Shown: positions 1 through 654 of the stretch, one piece after another | Numbering within the stretch: position 1 is the stretch's first letter | Layout: each line of letters begins with the position of its first letter | NCBI RefSeq assembly: GCF_003334255.1 | Contig: NZ_QOWU01000203.1 | From: Escherichia coli | GTDB taxonomy: Bacteria; Pseudomonadota; Gammaproteobacteria; Enterobacterales; Enterobacteriaceae | DNA: 654 bases | Reading direction: 5' to 3' (one strand) | Position numbers and translations under genes: made by a program | The notes under the pieces: model-generated | Database searches by the model: none | Seen by the model: only the letters and a program-made list of their open reading frames with translations | Told to the model about the DNA's origin: nothing

Positions 1-105
1 TCTCAGATTCAGATTATGTCGCTCAATGCGCTGAGTGTAACGCTTGCTGATAACGTGCAGCTTTCCCTTCAGGCGTGATTCATACAGCGGCCAGCCATCC
101 GTCAT
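1..105 (-). pseudogene. insB: Downstream continuation of insB in the same frame, after the internal stop. It runs off the window edge and is the remnant of the transposase C-terminal portion.
   Basis: The minus-strand frame continues directly after the TAG as ATG ACG GAT GGC TGG ..., giving [35 protein letters not shown], which matches the recalled InsB segment [36 protein letters not shown]. It is open to position 1. Confidence 0.7.
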
Positions 106-402
106 CTATACCACGACCTCAAAGGCCGACAGCAGGCTCAGAAGACGCTCCAGTGTGGCCAGAGTGCGTTCACCGAAGACGTGCGCCACAACCGTCCTCC
201 GTATCCTGTCATACGCGTAAAACAGCCAGCGCTGACGTGATTTAGCACCGACGTAGCCCCACTGTTCGTCCATTTCAGCGCAGACAATCACATCACTGCC
301 CGGTTGTATGCGCGAGGTTACCGACTGCGGCCTGAGTTTTTTAAGTGACGTAAAACCGTGTTGAGGCCAACGCCCATAATGATGCGTGCACTGGCGCGAC
401 AT
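106..402 (-). CDS. insB: IS1 InsB (transposase catalytic part, insB' frame), ending at a premature in-frame TAG. The ATG at 400..402 is nominal, since the frame is normally entered by -1 frameshift from insA.
   Basis: The six-frame ORF translates to [98 protein letters not shown], which closely resembles the N-terminal ~100 aa of IS1 InsB. It stops at TAG (reverse complement of 106..108), where canonical InsB has ...DVVIWMTDGW... Confidence 0.75.
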   Translation of the reverse strand: MSRQCTHHYGRWPQHGFTSLKKLRPQSVTSRIQPGSDVIVCAEMDEQWGYVGAKSRQRWLFYAYDRIRRTVVAHVFGERTLATLERLLSLLSAFEVVV

Positions 403-596
403 CCGACGCCATTCATGGCCATATCAATGATTTTCTGGTGCTTACCGGGCTGAGAGGCGGTGTAAGTGAACTGTAGTTGCCATGTTTTACGGCAAGGAGA
501 GCAGAGATAGCGCTGATGTCCGGCAGTGCTTTTGCCGTTACGCACCACGCCTTCAGTAGCGGAGCAGGAAGGACATCTGATGGAAATGGAAGCCAC
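318..596 (-). CDS. insA: IS1 InsA: transposition inhibitor / DNA-binding N-terminal part of the InsAB' transposase (92 aa, GTG start)
   Basis: The six-frame ORF 318..596 (-) translates to [92 protein letters not shown]. It has a CxxC...CxxC zinc-finger arrangement (CPSC...CSPC) and the IS1 InsA C-terminus LKNSGRSR. The start is GTG at 594..596 and the stop is TAA at 318..320. Confidence 0.9.
   Translation of the reverse strand: MASISIRCPSCSATEGVVRNGKSTAGHQRYLCSPCRKTWQLQFTYTASQPGKHQKIIDMAMNGVGCRASARIIMGVGLNTVLRHLKNSGRSR
336..342 (-). other. Programmed -1 ribosomal frameshift site (A6C slippery heptamer) joining insA to the insB' frame
   Basis: The minus strand reads ...CAC TTA AAA AAC TCA GGC CGC AGT CGG TAA in the insA frame. 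AAAAAAC is the reverse complement of 336..342. The -1 frame after the motif reads [18 protein letters not shown]..., which is the InsB-type continuation. Confidence 0.85.
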
Positions 597-651
597 GCAA
601 GCACCTTAAAATCACCATCATACACTAAATCAGTAAGTTGGCAGCATTACC
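597..651 (-). promoter_or_regulatory. insA promoter / operator region within and adjacent to IRL, with a Shine-Dalgarno-like AAGGTG
   Basis: Established IS1 biology places the weak insA promoter partly inside IRL, where InsA binds and autorepresses. In the sequence, a candidate -10 TATGAT lies at minus strand of 617..622, and AAGGTG at minus strand of 602..607 sits 5 nt upstream of the GTG start at 594..596. No convincing -35 was identified. Confidence 0.4.
629..651 (-). repeat. IS1 terminal inverted repeat (IRL, 23 bp), the InsA/transposase binding site
   Basis: The minus strand of 629..651 reads GGTAATGCTGCCAACTTACTGAT. This matches the recalled IS1 IRL GGTGATGCTGCCAACTTACTGAT with one mismatch (GGTAATG, as in the recalled IRR). 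It lies about 55 nt upstream of the insA start. Confidence 0.85.
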
Positions 652-654
652 GAA

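Larger units (their letters stand above)
1..651 (-). mobile_element. IS1-family insertion sequence, partial. The left end (IRL) is present at 629..651; the insB-proximal end lies beyond position 1 of the window.
   Basis: The minus strand reads as an IS1 layout: terminal inverted repeat, then insA (InsA-like protein [14 protein letters not shown]...LKNSGRSR), then an overlapping -1 frame encoding an InsB-like sequence ([57 protein letters not shown]...). An A6C slippery motif sits at the insA/insB overlap. Recognition is from memory of IS1, not a search. Confidence 0.93.

Noticed and set aside
400-402. The ATG at the head of the 106..402 ORF as an independent insB start codon
   Set aside because: In IS1 the insB frame is entered by a -1 frameshift from insA and has no efficient independent initiation. 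The ATG only marks where the ORF finder began and is internal to insA.
413-625. A 70-aa minus-strand ORF ([17 protein letters not shown]...) with a GTG start inside the IRL region, overlapping insA in a different frame
   Set aside because: It lies entirely within the insA and IRL region in an alternative frame, resembles no known protein I recognise, and the only IS1 products shown to be required are InsA and InsAB'. It is most likely a spurious overlapping ORF.
652-654. Flanking bases (gaa) as a possible target-site duplication or insertion-site context
   Set aside because: Only 3 bp lie outside the inverted repeat, and the other end of the element is outside the window, so no duplication or target gene can be assessed.
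1-654. Possibility of a novel or undescribed system (defence island, toxin-antitoxin, CRISPR, cargo gene) in the window
   Set aside because: Every base from 1 to 651 is accounted for by IS1 components. There are no plus-strand ORFs, no repeat arrays and no unexplained intergenic space, so any novelty would have to lie in flanking DNA outside the window.

Overview
The window is almost entirely (1..651) a partial copy of an IS1-family insertion sequence, oriented with its genes on the minus strand. It carries the left terminal inverted repeat (629..651), a complete insA (318..596, GTG start), the A6C programmed -1 frameshift motif (336..342), and the insB' reading frame, which runs off the window at position 1. 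The sequence is a divergent IS1 isoform rather than the canonical E. coli K-12 IS1; that comparison is from memory, not a database search. The most notable feature is an in-frame TAG at 106..108 interrupting insB at a conserved Trp position, which would truncate the InsAB' transposase, so this copy is probably non-autonomous. I see no evidence of a novel or undescribed system: the window is fully explained by IS1, and only 3 bp of flanking DNA (652..654) are present.
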